In this document: piece by piece, positions 10,099-20,127 of the stretch | Numbering within the stretch: position 1 is the first letter of the stretch | Layout of the letters: the number at the start of each line of letters is the position of its first letter | Source of the DNA: an uncultured Kiloniellales bacterium | GTDB taxonomy: Bacteria; Pseudomonadota; Alphaproteobacteria; Kiloniellales; JAKSDN01 | Reading direction: 5' to 3' | DNA length: 64,000 nt | NCBI GenBank assembly: GCA_947258885.1 | Contig: CAMYKD010000004.1 | Location: forward strand, 1,447 to 65,446 | The notes under the pieces: generated by a model | What the model saw: only the letters and a program-made list of their open reading frames with translations | Told to the model about the DNA's origin: nothing | Databases searched by the model: none | Position numbers and translations under genes: made by a program

Positions 10099-11129
10099 CA
10101 GCCGCGCCGCCGCCTCCGGACACCGCGCAGCCCGAGGTTCTCAAGTTCGACGACAACAGCTTGCTGCCCTTGCTTTATGGCGAGCACGACCAGAATCTCG
10201 CACGTATCGAAAGCCAGTTGGGCGTGTCCGTGGCGTCACGCGGCAACCGACTGGCCGTCTCGGGGCCTGCCGACGCGGTCAAGAGCGCCAATATCGCGCT
10301 CGAAGCGCTATACGCGCGGTTGAAGAAGGGCCTGCAGGTGGGCGACGCCGAAGTGGACGCGGCGGTGCGCATGGCGCAGAGCGCACCCGACCCGGCGGCC
10401 GGCGCGACCGCGGCCAAGGCGATCCACGCCGATCACCTGGCGATCCGCACCCGCAAGCGGCATGTCTCGCCGCGCTCGCCGGGCCAGGCGGCCTACATCG
10501 ATGCGCTCGCCACCCACGAGTTGGTCTTCGGATTGGGCCCGGCAGGGACCGGGAAGACCTATCTGGCAGTGGCCATGGCGGTTTCGCTCTTGATGGGCGG
10601 AAAGGTCGAGCGGATAATTGTTTCCAGGCCAGCGGTCGAAGCCGGAGAGCGCCTCGGCTTTCTGCCCGGAGATCTGCGCGAGAAGGTCGACCCGTATTTG
10701 CGGCCGCTCTACGACGCGCTTTTCGAGATGCTGCCCGCCGAGCAGGTCATGAGCCGATTGGCCAACGGGGAGATCGAGGTCGCGCCACTGGCCTTTATGC
10801 GCGGGCGCACGCTCAGCAACGCGTTTGTCATTCTCGACGAGGCGCAGAACACGACGCCGGTGCAGATGAAGATGTTCTTAACCCGTTTCGGCGAAAACAG
10901 CCGGATGGCCGTGACCGGCGACCCCTCCCAGATCGATCTGCCCAAGGGGCAACCATCGGGGCTGCGCGACGCGGTCGCGCTCTTGACCGGTATGAACGGC
11001 GTTGCTTTCATCGAGTTCACCGATGCCGATGTGGTCCGTCACTCCCTAGTGACCCGCATCGTGCGTGCCTACGAGGCGCGGGATGCGGCGGAGGGCCCGG
11101 GCGAAGCCGAAAGATTGGACGGCAAATGA
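10095..11129 (+). CDS. phoH: PhoH-like ATPase (YbeZ)
   Basis: Walker A 'GPAGTGKT', '[16 protein letters not shown]', 'LAFMRGRTL', 'LDEAQN'. Confidence 0.95.
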   Translation: MTAAPPPPDTAQPEVLKFDDNSLLPLLYGEHDQNLARIESQLGVSVASRGNRLAVSGPADAVKSANIALEALYARLKKGLQVGDAEVDAAVRMAQSAPDPAAGATAAKAIHADHLAIRTRKRHVSPRSPGQAAYIDALATHELVFGLGPAGTGKTYLAVAMAVSLLMGGKVERIIVSRPAVEAGERLGFLPGDLREKVDPYLRPLYDALFEMLPAEQVMSRLANGEIEVAPLAFMRGRTLSNAFVILDEAQNTTPVQMKMFLTRFGENSRMAVTGDPSQIDLPKGQPSGLRDAVALLTGMNGVAFIEFTDADVVRHSLVTRIVRAYEARDAAEGPGEAERLDGK

Positions 11130-11174
11130 ACGGGCCCGCCAAGGGGCAGTGGCACTCCGTTTTCATGCACTGAG

Positions 11175-11762
11175 ATGAGCGAAGAACCTCCAAGTCCCGG
11201 CATAGAAATTGCCATTGTGGCCCAGGATCCGACTTGGCGCGAGATATTGGAAGAGCCCGAGGAGGTGGCCGGTCGGGCTGCCCGGGCTGCGTTGCGGCAT
11301 CGAGGTGTGGCGGATTTCGCCCTCGCGAGCCGGAAATCACGGCAAAGCGGGGGCGGGCTCGGGCCGGTAGAGCTTGCGGTTGTGCTGGCCGACGATCGGC
11401 TGGTTCGAAGCCTAAACCGTGAATACCGGGGGCGGGACACAGCGACCAACGTCTTGTCTTTTGCCGGCCTGGACGGGCCGGGCGAGCCCGCGGCGCCATA
11501 CCTGCTCGGAGACGTCGTGTTGGCGCGCGAGACCGTGGTTCGCGAAGCGTGCGAGCAGGGCAAGGCCCCCGCCGACCATCTTGCGCATCTGGTGGTGCAT
11601 GGGGTGCTTCATCTCCTCGGCTACGATCACCAGACCACCGCGCAGGCCGAGACGATGGAAGACCTGGAGCGTGCGGTATTGGCCGGGCTGGGAGTCGCCG
11701 ACCCCTATCTGAACCCCGAGCCGGCAGGCCCTTCGAGCCCGTCCCGCGAGGCCTTGCCATGA
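11175..11762 (+). CDS. ybeY: rRNA maturation endoribonuclease YbeY
   Basis: 'LNREYRGRDTATNVLSF', 'LGDVVLA', 'HGVLHLLGYDH'. Confidence 0.94.
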   Translation: MSEEPPSPGIEIAIVAQDPTWREILEEPEEVAGRAARAALRHRGVADFALASRKSRQSGGGLGPVELAVVLADDRLVRSLNREYRGRDTATNVLSFAGLDGPGEPAAPYLLGDVVLARETVVREACEQGKAPADHLAHLVVHGVLHLLGYDHQTTAQAETMEDLERAVLAGLGVADPYLNPEPAGPSSPSREALP

Positions 11763-12700
11763 CCGATCTTTCCGGCAGCAGGACCACGCGGAGCAGTGGA
11801 CAGGGCGCCGAGACCGGCAGGCTGAGTCGCATCTGGCATTGGCTGCGCGGCCTGTTGCGCGGCAGGAACGGCGATTCGGTTCTGCGCGATACGATCGAGG
11901 AAATCATAGAGGAGATCGAGGAGACCGAGAGCGAAGAGGCGAGCGCGACGCCGATCTCCGACGACGAGAGAATCATGCTCGCCAACCTTCTCAAACAGCG
12001 TCACCGAACGACTTACGACGTCATGGTGCCGCGGGCCGATATTGTCGCCGTTGAGGTCGGCACCAGCCTGCAAAAGCTGTTGAAGGTGATGGGTAAGGTC
12101 GGGCACTCGCGTCTACCGGTTTATCGAGGCACGCTGGACGATGTCGTCGGCCTGGTCCACATCAAGGATGTCCTGCCCCGTACCGCAAAGTCCGAGCGCT
12201 TCAACCTCGAATCCATCACCCGCCGGGTGTTGTTTGCCGCGCCCTCCATGCGCGTGCTCGATCTCCTGCTTGAAATGCGCGAATCGCGCGTCCACATGGC
12301 TCTCGTGGTTGACGAGTTCGGCGGCATAGACGGGCTGATCACGATCGAGGACCTGGTCGAGGAGATCGTCGGCGAAATCGAGGACGAGCACGACGTGGAC
12401 GAAGGGCCCAAGCTGACCGCGCGGGCCGATGGGTCGCTGGTAGCCGACGGGCGGACGACGGTCGAGGAGTTTGAGGAGCGGGTCGGCCCGGTCCTCTCCG
12501 ACGAAGAGCGCGACGAGGACATCGACACGCTGGGAGGCCTGGTGGCCGCATTGGCGGGACGCGTGCCGACGCGCGGAGAGTTGTTGGTCCATTCGCCGTC
12601 GGGAATATCCTTCGAGGTGATTCAAGCCGACCCAAGGCGGGTCAAGCGCTTGCGGGTCCGCAACCTGCCACCGCAAGCAGGGATCGCGCCAGGTGGGTGA
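11759..12700 (+). CDS. corC: HlyC/CorC CBS-domain transporter-associated protein
   Basis: 'DVMVPRADI', 'HSRLPVY', 'MALVVDEFGGIDGLITIEDLVEEIVGEIEDEHD', CorC C-terminal domain. ATGA overlap with ybeY. Confidence 0.92.
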   Translation: MTDLSGSRTTRSSGQGAETGRLSRIWHWLRGLLRGRNGDSVLRDTIEEIIEEIEETESEEASATPISDDERIMLANLLKQRHRTTYDVMVPRADIVAVEVGTSLQKLLKVMGKVGHSRLPVYRGTLDDVVGLVHIKDVLPRTAKSERFNLESITRRVLFAAPSMRVLDLLLEMRESRVHMALVVDEFGGIDGLITIEDLVEEIVGEIEDEHDVDEGPKLTARADGSLVADGRTTVEEFEERVGPVLSDEERDEDIDTLGGLVAALAGRVPTRGELLVHSPSGISFEVIQADPRRVKRLRVRNLPPQAGIAPGG

Positions 12701-12747
12701 ACGGACGCGCACGCAGGTTCCGGCTGAATCGATGAACATGGGCGGCG

Positions 12748-14343
12748 ATGACTGACTCTCCTGTAATGGCGGCGTCCACCCAACATTTCTTCGCCCGCGC
12801 CTCCGGGATGCTTGCTCGGCTCACCGGCTGGCGGCGCTATCTTGCGGCTGGGATGCTCGGTGCGGTGGCCAGCGCGGCCCTACCGCCGGCCCATCTCGTG
12901 CCCGTGCTTTGGCCCGCGTTTGTTGGCCTGCTATGGCTGCTCGACGGCACCGAACGGCCGCACGGAGCGTTCTTGATCGGCTGGGCGTTCGGGACCGGGC
13001 ACTTCCTCGCAGGACTTTATTGGGTCGGGATAGCCTTCCTGGTGGACGCCGAGCAGTTCGCCGCGCTGATTCCCTTGGCCGTGGGAGCGCTTGCCGCTGG
13101 GGTGGGCCTGTTCCCGGGCTTCGCCGCCCTGGCGGTTTGGGCCAGCCGTTGCCGCGGCCTGGGCCGGGTGCTGCTCTTGGCGGCGGCTTGGCTCGCCACG
13201 GAATGGGTGCGATCCTGGCTCTTCACCGGCTTTCCATGGAACCTGATCGGCAGTGTCTGGGTGTTCTCCGACGCCATGCTTCAACTCGGGGCGCTCACCG
13301 GCGTCTGGGGCCTCTCGCTGGTCACGGTGCTGGCCTCGGCGGCGCCTTCGACCTTGGGCGACGCCGCCGCGCGCCCGTTGAAGCGGTGGGTGCCGACCTG
13401 TGTCAGCCTGTTGGCCCTGGCGCTGGTGTGGTCCGGGGGCGCGTTGCGTTTGGCCGCGGCACCCGTTCCCGGCAGCAACACGGTGCCCGGTGTCATGTTG
13501 CGGCTGGTACAGCCCGGCATCGATCAGTCGAGCAAGTGGAAGGCCCAGCTGCGCAGCCAAAACATAGCTGACCAAATGACCATGAGCGCCCGTAAGACCA
13601 CGGACGACATCACCCATATCGTCTGGTCGGAAACGGCGATCACGTATAGCTTGGCGGGCGACCCGGACCTGAGGCGCGTGCTCGCCCAGATCGTGCCGCG
13701 CGGCGGTCTGTTGCTGTCGGGTGCGGTGCGCCGTTCGGCGAGCGCCGGCCGGTTGCGCCTGTGGAACTCGTTGCACGCTCTCGACTCCTCGGGCGAGATC
13801 CGCGGCACCTACGACAAGTTCCACTTGGTTCCGTTCGGCGAGTACATACCGTACAGATCGTTGTTCGGGTTCGCCAAGCTGACCCAGGGCCGCATCGATT
13901 TCAGTCCCGGACCGGGTCCGCGGACGCTCGAGTTGCCGGGCTTGCCGCCGGTCGGCCCGCTGATCTGCTATGAGGTGATCTTTCCCGGGCAGGTAACCGA
14001 GCCCGGCAGACGGCCGGCCTGGCTGCTCAACGTGACCAACGATGCCTGGTTCGGCACCAGTTCGGGCCCCTATCAGCACTTTGCGAGCGTCCGGTTGCGC
14101 GCCGTCGAGGAGGGTCTGCCCGCCGTGCGGGTCGCCAATACGGGGATCTCGGCGGTTGTCGACAGCTATGGACGCGTGCTCCATCGCCTTGGGCTCAACC
14201 GTGTTGGCGTGATCGATTCGCCCCTGCCCCGCCCGACCGGCGCTAGGACGCTTTATTCGCGGGTCGGCAATTGGATGGTTCTAATTCTCATTGCGATTTT
14301 CACGGTACCGGCCTTTGTATTGCGATTATTTTACAATTCCTGA
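12748..14343 (+). CDS. lnt: Apolipoprotein N-acyltransferase
   Basis: Multi-TM N-terminus, 'FTGFPWN', nitrilase triad in 'WSETA', 'YDKFHLVPFGEY', 'ICYE'; 'NDAWFG'. Confidence 0.95.
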   Translation: MTDSPVMAASTQHFFARASGMLARLTGWRRYLAAGMLGAVASAALPPAHLVPVLWPAFVGLLWLLDGTERPHGAFLIGWAFGTGHFLAGLYWVGIAFLVDAEQFAALIPLAVGALAAGVGLFPGFAALAVWASRCRGLGRVLLLAAAWLATEWVRSWLFTGFPWNLIGSVWVFSDAMLQLGALTGVWGLSLVTVLASAAPSTLGDAAARPLKRWVPTCVSLLALALVWSGGALRLAAAPVPGSNTVPGVMLRLVQPGIDQSSKWKAQLRSQNIADQMTMSARKTTDDITHIVWSETAITYSLAGDPDLRRVLAQIVPRGGLLLSGAVRRSASAGRLRLWNSLHALDSSGEIRGTYDKFHLVPFGEYIPYRSLFGFAKLTQGRIDFSPGPGPRTLELPGLPPVGPLICYEVIFPGQVTEPGRRPAWLLNVTNDAWFGTSSGPYQHFASVRLRAVEEGLPAVRVANTGISAVVDSYGRVLHRLGLNRVGVIDSPLPRPTGARTLYSRVGNWMVLILIAIFTVPAFVLRLFYNS

Positions 14344-14457
14344 CAATATTTCTTGGCGGATTTGGGCTCGCAACGCTTTACGCTATTGACCGGAATACCA
14401 TGGTATGCCTAGAACCAAGCGATCTGTTCCAGGATTGTAGCCAAGGAGCCTATCCAG

Positions 14458-14910
14458 ATGGTGAGAGGGGGGGAGAACGGTGTGGGCCGCGGAACCGGCG
14501 TGCCAAACCCAGTCGATGTGCATGTCGGCCGGCGGTTGCGTCTGCGCCGTACACTATTGGGCCTGAGTCAGGAGAAGCTGGGAGCGGCGATCGGCCTGAC
14601 TTTTCAACAGGTCCAGAAATACGAGCGCGGCTCCAACCGAATAGGGGCCAGCCGTTTGTTCGATCTTTCGCGGGTGCTCGATGTGCCCGTGGGGTTCTTT
14701 TTCGATGACATGTCGGAAGAGGTTGCGGCTCGATCGCCCGGGCAGTCGCGCGGCCGGATGGGGCCGGTGGATGTCGAGCCGAGTCCCATGGCCAAGCGCG
14801 AGACGCTGGAGCTGGTGCGAGCCTATTACAAGATCCATAATCCGGCCGTGCGCAAGCGCCTGTTCGAGATGGTCAAGGCCCTCGCAGCGGGCGAAGCCGG
14901 CAAAGAGTAG
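14458..14910 (+). CDS. XRE-family HTH regulator, PhrR/PraR-like
   Basis: 'PVDVHVGRRLRLRR...SQEKLG...TFQQVQKYERGSNRIGASRL'. Conserved lnt-XRE-metK position in alphaproteobacteria. Confidence 0.88.
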   Translation: MVRGGENGVGRGTGVPNPVDVHVGRRLRLRRTLLGLSQEKLGAAIGLTFQQVQKYERGSNRIGASRLFDLSRVLDVPVGFFFDDMSEEVAARSPGQSRGRMGPVDVEPSPMAKRETLELVRAYYKIHNPAVRKRLFEMVKALAAGEAGKE

Positions 14911-15163
14911 AGGCGCCCGCCGGGCTGGCCGCCTCCGAGGTCGCCGGCCTGTAGCAGGGTTCCTATCGATCCGGGTCGCCGCCAGCGAATGTGCTTGACG
15001 GGAATTTTCCCAAGACGGCAACATGCCGTGCGGCTGGAACGTACTCGGTCGCCGACACTTATGACCCCGGGGCGGACGAACAACGGCGCGGGGCTGTCTC
15101 GAGAATGGGCGCCCTGTTCCGGGGCGGCCGAACTGCGGCAGCGCGATGGAGTAGGGCGTGCGT

Positions 15164-16330
15164 ATGGGGAAGTTTCTGTTTACCAGCGAATCTGTCGCAG
15201 AAGGTCATCCGGATAAGGTTTGCGACCGGATCTCGGATGCCATTGTCGATAGCTATCTTACCCAAGACCCACACGCTCGCGTGGCGGTGGAAACTATGGC
15301 CACGACGAACCGCATCGTCCTGGGGGGCGAGGTGCGCGGGCCGGCCGCGGTGACCGCGGAGCTCATCGAAGAGGTGGCCCGCCACGCCGTGAAGGATATC
15401 GGTTACGAGCAGGTCGGTTTTCACTGGCGCAATGCCCTCGTCGAGAACCACATTCACGAACAGTCCACCGATATCGCCTTGGGAGTGGACGCGTCCGGCA
15501 ATAAGGATGAGGGTGCGGGCGATCAGGGGATCATGTTCGGCTACGCGTGCCGCGAGACCGAACAGTTGATGCCGGCGCCGATCCACCTGTCACACAGCAT
15601 CCTGCGATCGCTCGCTGAGGCGCGCCACTCGGGCGCTGAACCGGGACTCGGACCCGATGCCAAGAGCCAAGTCACGCTTGAGTATCTGGACGGCAAGCCG
15701 ATACGGGCCAGTTCGATCGTGGTGTCGACCCAGCACAGCGATACGCTCGATCAGGCAGAGGTTCGCGAGATCGTTCGCCCCCACGTGATCAACGTGTTGC
15801 CCGAGGGGTGGATGTGCCCGGAGGAGGAGTTCTACGTGAATCCGACCGGGCGATTCGTGATCGGCGGGCCGGACGGCGATTGCGGCCTGACCGGGCGCAA
15901 GATCATAGTCGACACCTATGGGGGTGCGGCGCCCCACGGCGGCGGTGCCTTTTCCGGAAAGGATCCCACCAAGGTCGACCGCTCGGCCGCTTACGCGGCG
16001 CGTTATCTGGCCAAGAATGTGGTCGCGGCGGATTTGGCGGAGCGCTGTACCATCCAGCTGTCCTATGCGATCGGCGTTTCCAGGCCCCTTTCGGTCTATG
16101 TCAACACCCACCGGACCGGTCAGGTCGATGAAGACAGGTTGTCCGCCACGCTTCAGGAGATGGTGGACCTCTCGCCGCGCGGTATCCGCGAGTGCTTGAC
16201 CCTCAGCCGGCCGGTATACGCGCGCACTGCGGCTTATGGGCATTTCGGCCGGGCGCCGGATCCCGACGGCGGCTTTTCCTGGGAGGCCCTGGACTTGGTC
16301 GAGGATCTGAGGTCCGCCTTCGGCGCGTAG
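15164..16330 (+). CDS. metK: S-adenosylmethionine synthetase
   Basis: '[16 protein letters not shown]', 'GAGDQG', '[16 protein letters not shown]', 'AAYGHFGR'. Confidence 0.98.
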   Translation: MGKFLFTSESVAEGHPDKVCDRISDAIVDSYLTQDPHARVAVETMATTNRIVLGGEVRGPAAVTAELIEEVARHAVKDIGYEQVGFHWRNALVENHIHEQSTDIALGVDASGNKDEGAGDQGIMFGYACRETEQLMPAPIHLSHSILRSLAEARHSGAEPGLGPDAKSQVTLEYLDGKPIRASSIVVSTQHSDTLDQAEVREIVRPHVINVLPEGWMCPEEEFYVNPTGRFVIGGPDGDCGLTGRKIIVDTYGGAAPHGGGAFSGKDPTKVDRSAAYAARYLAKNVVAADLAERCTIQLSYAIGVSRPLSVYVNTHRTGQVDEDRLSATLQEMVDLSPRGIRECLTLSRPVYARTAAYGHFGRAPDPDGGFSWEALDLVEDLRSAFGA

Positions 16331-16344
16331 AGGTCGCCGGTGTC

Positions 16345-17088
16345 ATGACCGGCGGGCGTGGCGGGTCCGGCGCGTCGTCAGGGCGATCGGGATCTCCGCG
16401 GCGCAATAGCCACGGCCGCCGTCGTGGCCGCCCTCTGCGCCGGGGGATGAAGACCTTACTGGAGACTCTGCTGCCCCGCTTGCAGGTCACGCTACCGGCC
16501 TCCGGCGGGCCGCTCGACCCGGCGGAGCTCTTCGGCGGCATACGGGGCCAGGTCTGGCTCGAGATCGGCTTTGGGGCCGGCGAACACCTGGCTTGGCAGG
16601 CCGCCCAACATCCGGAGGTCGCGATTCTCGGTGCCGAGGTCTTCGTCAACGGGATCGCTGCACTGCTCAGGCGGATTGATGCGCTGCAATTGGCCAATGT
16701 TCGCGTTTTTCAGGGTGACGGGCGGGACCTACTCGATGTCCTGCCCGAGAATTCACTGTCCCGGGTCTTCATTCTCTTTCCCGACCCCTGGCCCAAGCAG
16801 CGCCACCACAAGCGCCGCATCGTTCAGGCCGCGTTGCTGGACCGCTTGGCGAGCGTCATGAAGGACGGCGCGGAATTACGCATGGCGACGGACCACGCAG
16901 ACTATCTGCGTTGGATGCTCGAGGTGGCGACAGTGCACCCGGCGTTCCGGTGGCTGGCCTCTGGGCCGGGGGATTGGCGCGAGCGACCCGCGGACTGGGC
17001 GGCCTCTCGCTACGAATTGAAGGCACTTGGCGAAGGCTTGGCGCCTACCTATCTAAGGTTTGTCCGCCGGCGGCGTGGCGCGGCCTAG
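16345..17088 (+). CDS. trmB: tRNA (guanine-N7)-methyltransferase
   Basis: 'LEIGFGAGEHL', 'FPDPWPKQRHHKRR', 'MATDHADY', 'SRYELKA'. Start approximate. Confidence 0.93.
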   Translation: MTGGRGGSGASSGRSGSPRRNSHGRRRGRPLRRGMKTLLETLLPRLQVTLPASGGPLDPAELFGGIRGQVWLEIGFGAGEHLAWQAAQHPEVAILGAEVFVNGIAALLRRIDALQLANVRVFQGDGRDLLDVLPENSLSRVFILFPDPWPKQRHHKRRIVQAALLDRLASVMKDGAELRMATDHADYLRWMLEVATVHPAFRWLASGPGDWRERPADWAASRYELKALGEGLAPTYLRFVRRRRGAA

Positions 17089-17216
17089 CACCTTGGGGCC
17101 GAGCGGCGCCCGGAGAGAAAATCCTTGCGGGACGGCAAGGTTAAGCGTAGATTGCCGCCGACCATAAGGGTTGGCGTGGCGATCGACGATGATGCCATGT
17201 CGGGCTCTCACGAACG

Positions 17217-17241
17217 GTGGGCCAGCGGCCCACTTTTTTTT
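17217..17241 (+). terminator. rimP leader intrinsic terminator/attenuator
   Basis: GTGGGCC-AGC-GGCCCAC hairpin followed by 8 T, just upstream of the rimP RBS. Matches the known terminator-like rimP leader. Confidence 0.75.
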
Positions 17242-17268
17242 ACGCTACACTGGGGAGGGAGACGTCGC

Positions 17269-17808
17269 GTGTCCGAGGCCTTCCCGGCAGGTGGGCCGGT
17301 CCTCGCCAGAACCAGCGAGGGCAAGGCGGCGGAGGTCGAACGCTTGATCGCCCCGTCGCTCGCCGAGATGGGTTACGATATTGTGCGGGTTCAGCTATCC
17401 GGCGAGCGGCGCGCCAAGCTGCAGGTCATGGTAGAGCGCCACGACGGTGGCGGCATGACCGCCGATGACTGTGCCGGCGTGAGCCGCGCGGTCGAGGCGA
17501 TTCTCGATGTGGCCGATCCGATTGCCGGGACCTACGTGCTCGAGGCGAGCTCACCCGGCATCGACCGGCCGCTGACGCGCCGCGGCGACTTCGAGCGGTT
17601 TGCCGGCTTCGCCGCCCGCATAGAGATGCGCATGCCGATCGAGGGCCGCCGGCGCTTCAACGGCCGTCTTCTCGGGCTGGATGGCGACTTGGTGCGCCTC
17701 GCGACCGAGAGCGGCGATTTTGCCCTGCCGTTCGCTGACATGGCGAAGGCGAAACTGGTGCTCACCGATGATCTGCTCGCGGCCAGTCAGGCGCAGAGCA
17801 AGGACTGA
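17269..17808 (+). CDS. rimP: Ribosome maturation factor RimP
   Basis: 'GYDIVRV', 'LQVMVER', 'DDCAGVSR', 'YVLEASSPGIDRPL', 'AKLVLTDDL'. GTG start after GGGAGG. Confidence 0.94.
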   Translation: MSEAFPAGGPVLARTSEGKAAEVERLIAPSLAEMGYDIVRVQLSGERRAKLQVMVERHDGGGMTADDCAGVSRAVEAILDVADPIAGTYVLEASSPGIDRPLTRRGDFERFAGFAARIEMRMPIEGRRRFNGRLLGLDGDLVRLATESGDFALPFADMAKAKLVLTDDLLAASQAQSKD

Positions 17809-17844
17809 GCCGAAAGAGAACAAACGGGGATCCGGATAGCAGCA

Positions 17845-19440
17845 ATGGACACAACCGCCCTTTCCAGAACCGAACTTCTGCAGGTCGCCGATGCGGTCGC
17901 CCGCGAGAAGAGCATCGAGCGCGACGAGGTGCTCGAAGCCATGGAGCAGGCAATCAGCAAGGCCGGCCGCGCGAAGTACGGTCACGAACACGACATTCGC
18001 GCCGAGATCGATCGCAAGACCGGCGAGATCGGGTTGCGCCGATTCCGCGAGGTCGTCGAGGAGGTCGAGAGCGAGTTCACCCAGCTTAGCCTGGCCGAAG
18101 CGGAAATGCGCGAGCCCGGGATCCAGTTGGGGGAGTTCATCGTCGAGGAGCTGCCGCCCATCGATTTGGGCCGTATCGCTGCCCAGACCGCCAAGCAGGT
18201 CATCGTCCAGAAGGTACGCGAGGCCGAACGCGCGCGGCAGTACGAGGAATACAAGGACAGGGTGGGCGAGATCGTCAACGGCATCGTCAAGCGCAACGAG
18301 TTCGGCAACGTCACAGTCGACCTCGGTCGGGCCGAGGGCTTGATGCGCCGCGACGAATCGCTGCCGCGAGAGTCCTTCAGGACCGGTGACCGCGTGCGCG
18401 CCTATATATACGACGTGCGCGAGGAGGCCCGCGGACCGCAGATCTTTCTGTCCCGCTCGCATCCGCAGTTCATGGCGAAGCTGTTCGCCCAGGAGGTTCC
18501 GGAGATCTACGACAGCATTATAGAGATCAAGGCGGTCGCCCGCGACCCGGGCAGTCGGGCCAAGATCGCGGTGATCTCGCACGATTCGGCGATCGATCCG
18601 GTCGGCGCCTGTGTCGGCATGCGCGGCAGCCGCGTTCAGGCGGTGGTTAGCGAGTTGCAGGGCGAGAAGATCGACATCATCCCGTGGTCGCCGGATACGG
18701 CTACCTTCGTGGTCAACGCCCTGGCGCCGGCGGAGGTGACCAAGGTGGTGCTCGACGAGGAGCAGGGCCGGATTGAAGTCGTCGTTCCCGACGATCAGCT
18801 GTCTCTCGCGATCGGCAGGCGTGGACAGAACGTACGTCTCGCTTCGCAACTGTCGGGATGGGAAATCGACATTCTGACAGAGGAGGAGGAGTCGCGTCGT
18901 CGCCAGGAGGAGATTCGCGCACGCTCACAGATGTTCATAGACGCCCTTGACGTGGACGATGTCATCGCCCATCTGCTGTTGGCGGAAGGCTTTGTCAGTC
19001 TTGAGCAAGTTGCCTTCGTCCCGCTTCAGGAACTGGCCGAAATCGAGGGATTCGACGAGGAGGTCGCCGAAGAGCTGCGCATGCGCGCCCGGACCTTCCT
19101 CGAAGAGCAGGACCGCAAGTTCGACGAGGAGCGCCGTGCCTTCGGCGTGACGGACGAGTTGGCCGCGCTCGAGGGCGTGAATGCGGCTATGTCGGCCACG
19201 CTCGGCAAGAACGAGATCAGAACCCTCGACGACCTGGGGGACCTGGCCAGCGACGAGCTGATCGAAATACTCGGCGAACAGGCGCCCGGAGTGGAGGAAG
19301 CCAACGCGATCATCATGGCCGCACGCGCCCATTGGTTCGACGACGAGCCCGTGGTCGAGGGCGAACCGGCGGGCGATGGCGGGGGTTCGGCGACGACGGA
19401 GCCGGCCGAAGGCGACCTCGCCGAGGCCAAGCAGGACTGA
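17845..19440 (+). CDS. nusA: Transcription termination/antitermination factor NusA
   Basis: 'GRIAAQTAKQVI', S1 and KH domains, 'ARDPGSRAK', 'AIGRRGQNVRLA', C-terminal acidic repeats. Confidence 0.98.
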   Translation: MDTTALSRTELLQVADAVAREKSIERDEVLEAMEQAISKAGRAKYGHEHDIRAEIDRKTGEIGLRRFREVVEEVESEFTQLSLAEAEMREPGIQLGEFIVEELPPIDLGRIAAQTAKQVIVQKVREAERARQYEEYKDRVGEIVNGIVKRNEFGNVTVDLGRAEGLMRRDESLPRESFRTGDRVRAYIYDVREEARGPQIFLSRSHPQFMAKLFAQEVPEIYDSIIEIKAVARDPGSRAKIAVISHDSAIDPVGACVGMRGSRVQAVVSELQGEKIDIIPWSPDTATFVVNALAPAEVTKVVLDEEQGRIEVVVPDDQLSLAIGRRGQNVRLASQLSGWEIDILTEEEESRRRQEEIRARSQMFIDALDVDDVIAHLLLAEGFVSLEQVAFVPLQELAEIEGFDEEVAEELRMRARTFLEEQDRKFDEERRAFGVTDELAALEGVNAAMSATLGKNEIRTLDDLGDLASDELIEILGEQAPGVEEANAIIMAARAHWFDDEPVVEGEPAGDGGGSATTEPAEGDLAEAKQD

Positions 19441-19451
19441 GCGGAGGAGCC

Positions 19452-20114
19452 ATGACGGCGACCTTGACCCGGCGGCCAAGTGCTCCGCAGCCCGCAGAAG
19501 CCGGCGCGGATGGAGGGCGAGCTTCGACCAGACGCTGTATCGCCAGCGGAGAGCTTCGCGATATGCGCGACCTGCTGCGGTTTGTCGTGGCTCCCGATGG
19601 CGGCGTGGTGCTGGATCTCGCCGGCAAGTTGCCGGGCCGTGGTTTGTGGTGTTTGCCGCGACGCGATATGATAGACAGAGCCTGTGGGCGCAACCTTTTC
19701 GCCCGCGCGGCAAGAGCGTCGGTCAGCGTGCCGGGCGACTTGGCCGAGCAGGTGGCCGGGGCATTGCGTCAGCGCTGCCTCGATCTGATCGGTCTGGCGC
19801 GGCGGGGAGGGTTGGTGACCGCCGGCTACGAGAGGGTCAGGTCAAGGCTGGCTGCCGGACGGGCCGCGGCCTTGATTCAGGCGGTTGATGCGGCCCCGGG
19901 CGGACGGCAGAAGATGTCCGCCTTAGCCCAATCGGCAATGCCGGGCCTACCGGTCGTGGAGGTTTTTACTGCTGGGGAGTTGGGCCGGGTTCTCGGGCGG
20001 GACGCGGCGGTGCATGTGGTCTTGGCGCCCGGCACCCTGGCGGACCGCTTCATCTCGGAAGTGGCGCGGTCGAGCGCGGCTGCCGGCATTGAAAACACCG
20101 ATATCAAGGCGTGA
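19452..20114 (+). CDS. YlxR (DUF448)-L7Ae-like RNA-binding fusion protein
   Basis: 'RRCIASG...LLRFV...KLPGRGLW', then 'IGLARRGG...GYERV' and '[13 protein letters not shown]'. Lies between nusA and infB. Confidence 0.88.
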   Translation: MTATLTRRPSAPQPAEAGADGGRASTRRCIASGELRDMRDLLRFVVAPDGGVVLDLAGKLPGRGLWCLPRRDMIDRACGRNLFARAARASVSVPGDLAEQVAGALRQRCLDLIGLARRGGLVTAGYERVRSRLAAGRAAALIQAVDAAPGGRQKMSALAQSAMPGLPVVEVFTAGELGRVLGRDAAVHVVLAPGTLADRFISEVARSSAAAGIENTDIKA

Positions 20115-20127
20115 GCGCTTGAGTGAT

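Noticed and set aside
14990-15163. Long GC-rich metK leader as a possible SAM riboswitch
   Set aside because: No match by eye to SAM-II/SAM-alpha or SAM-SAH consensus features. An Infernal/Rfam scan would be needed to settle it.
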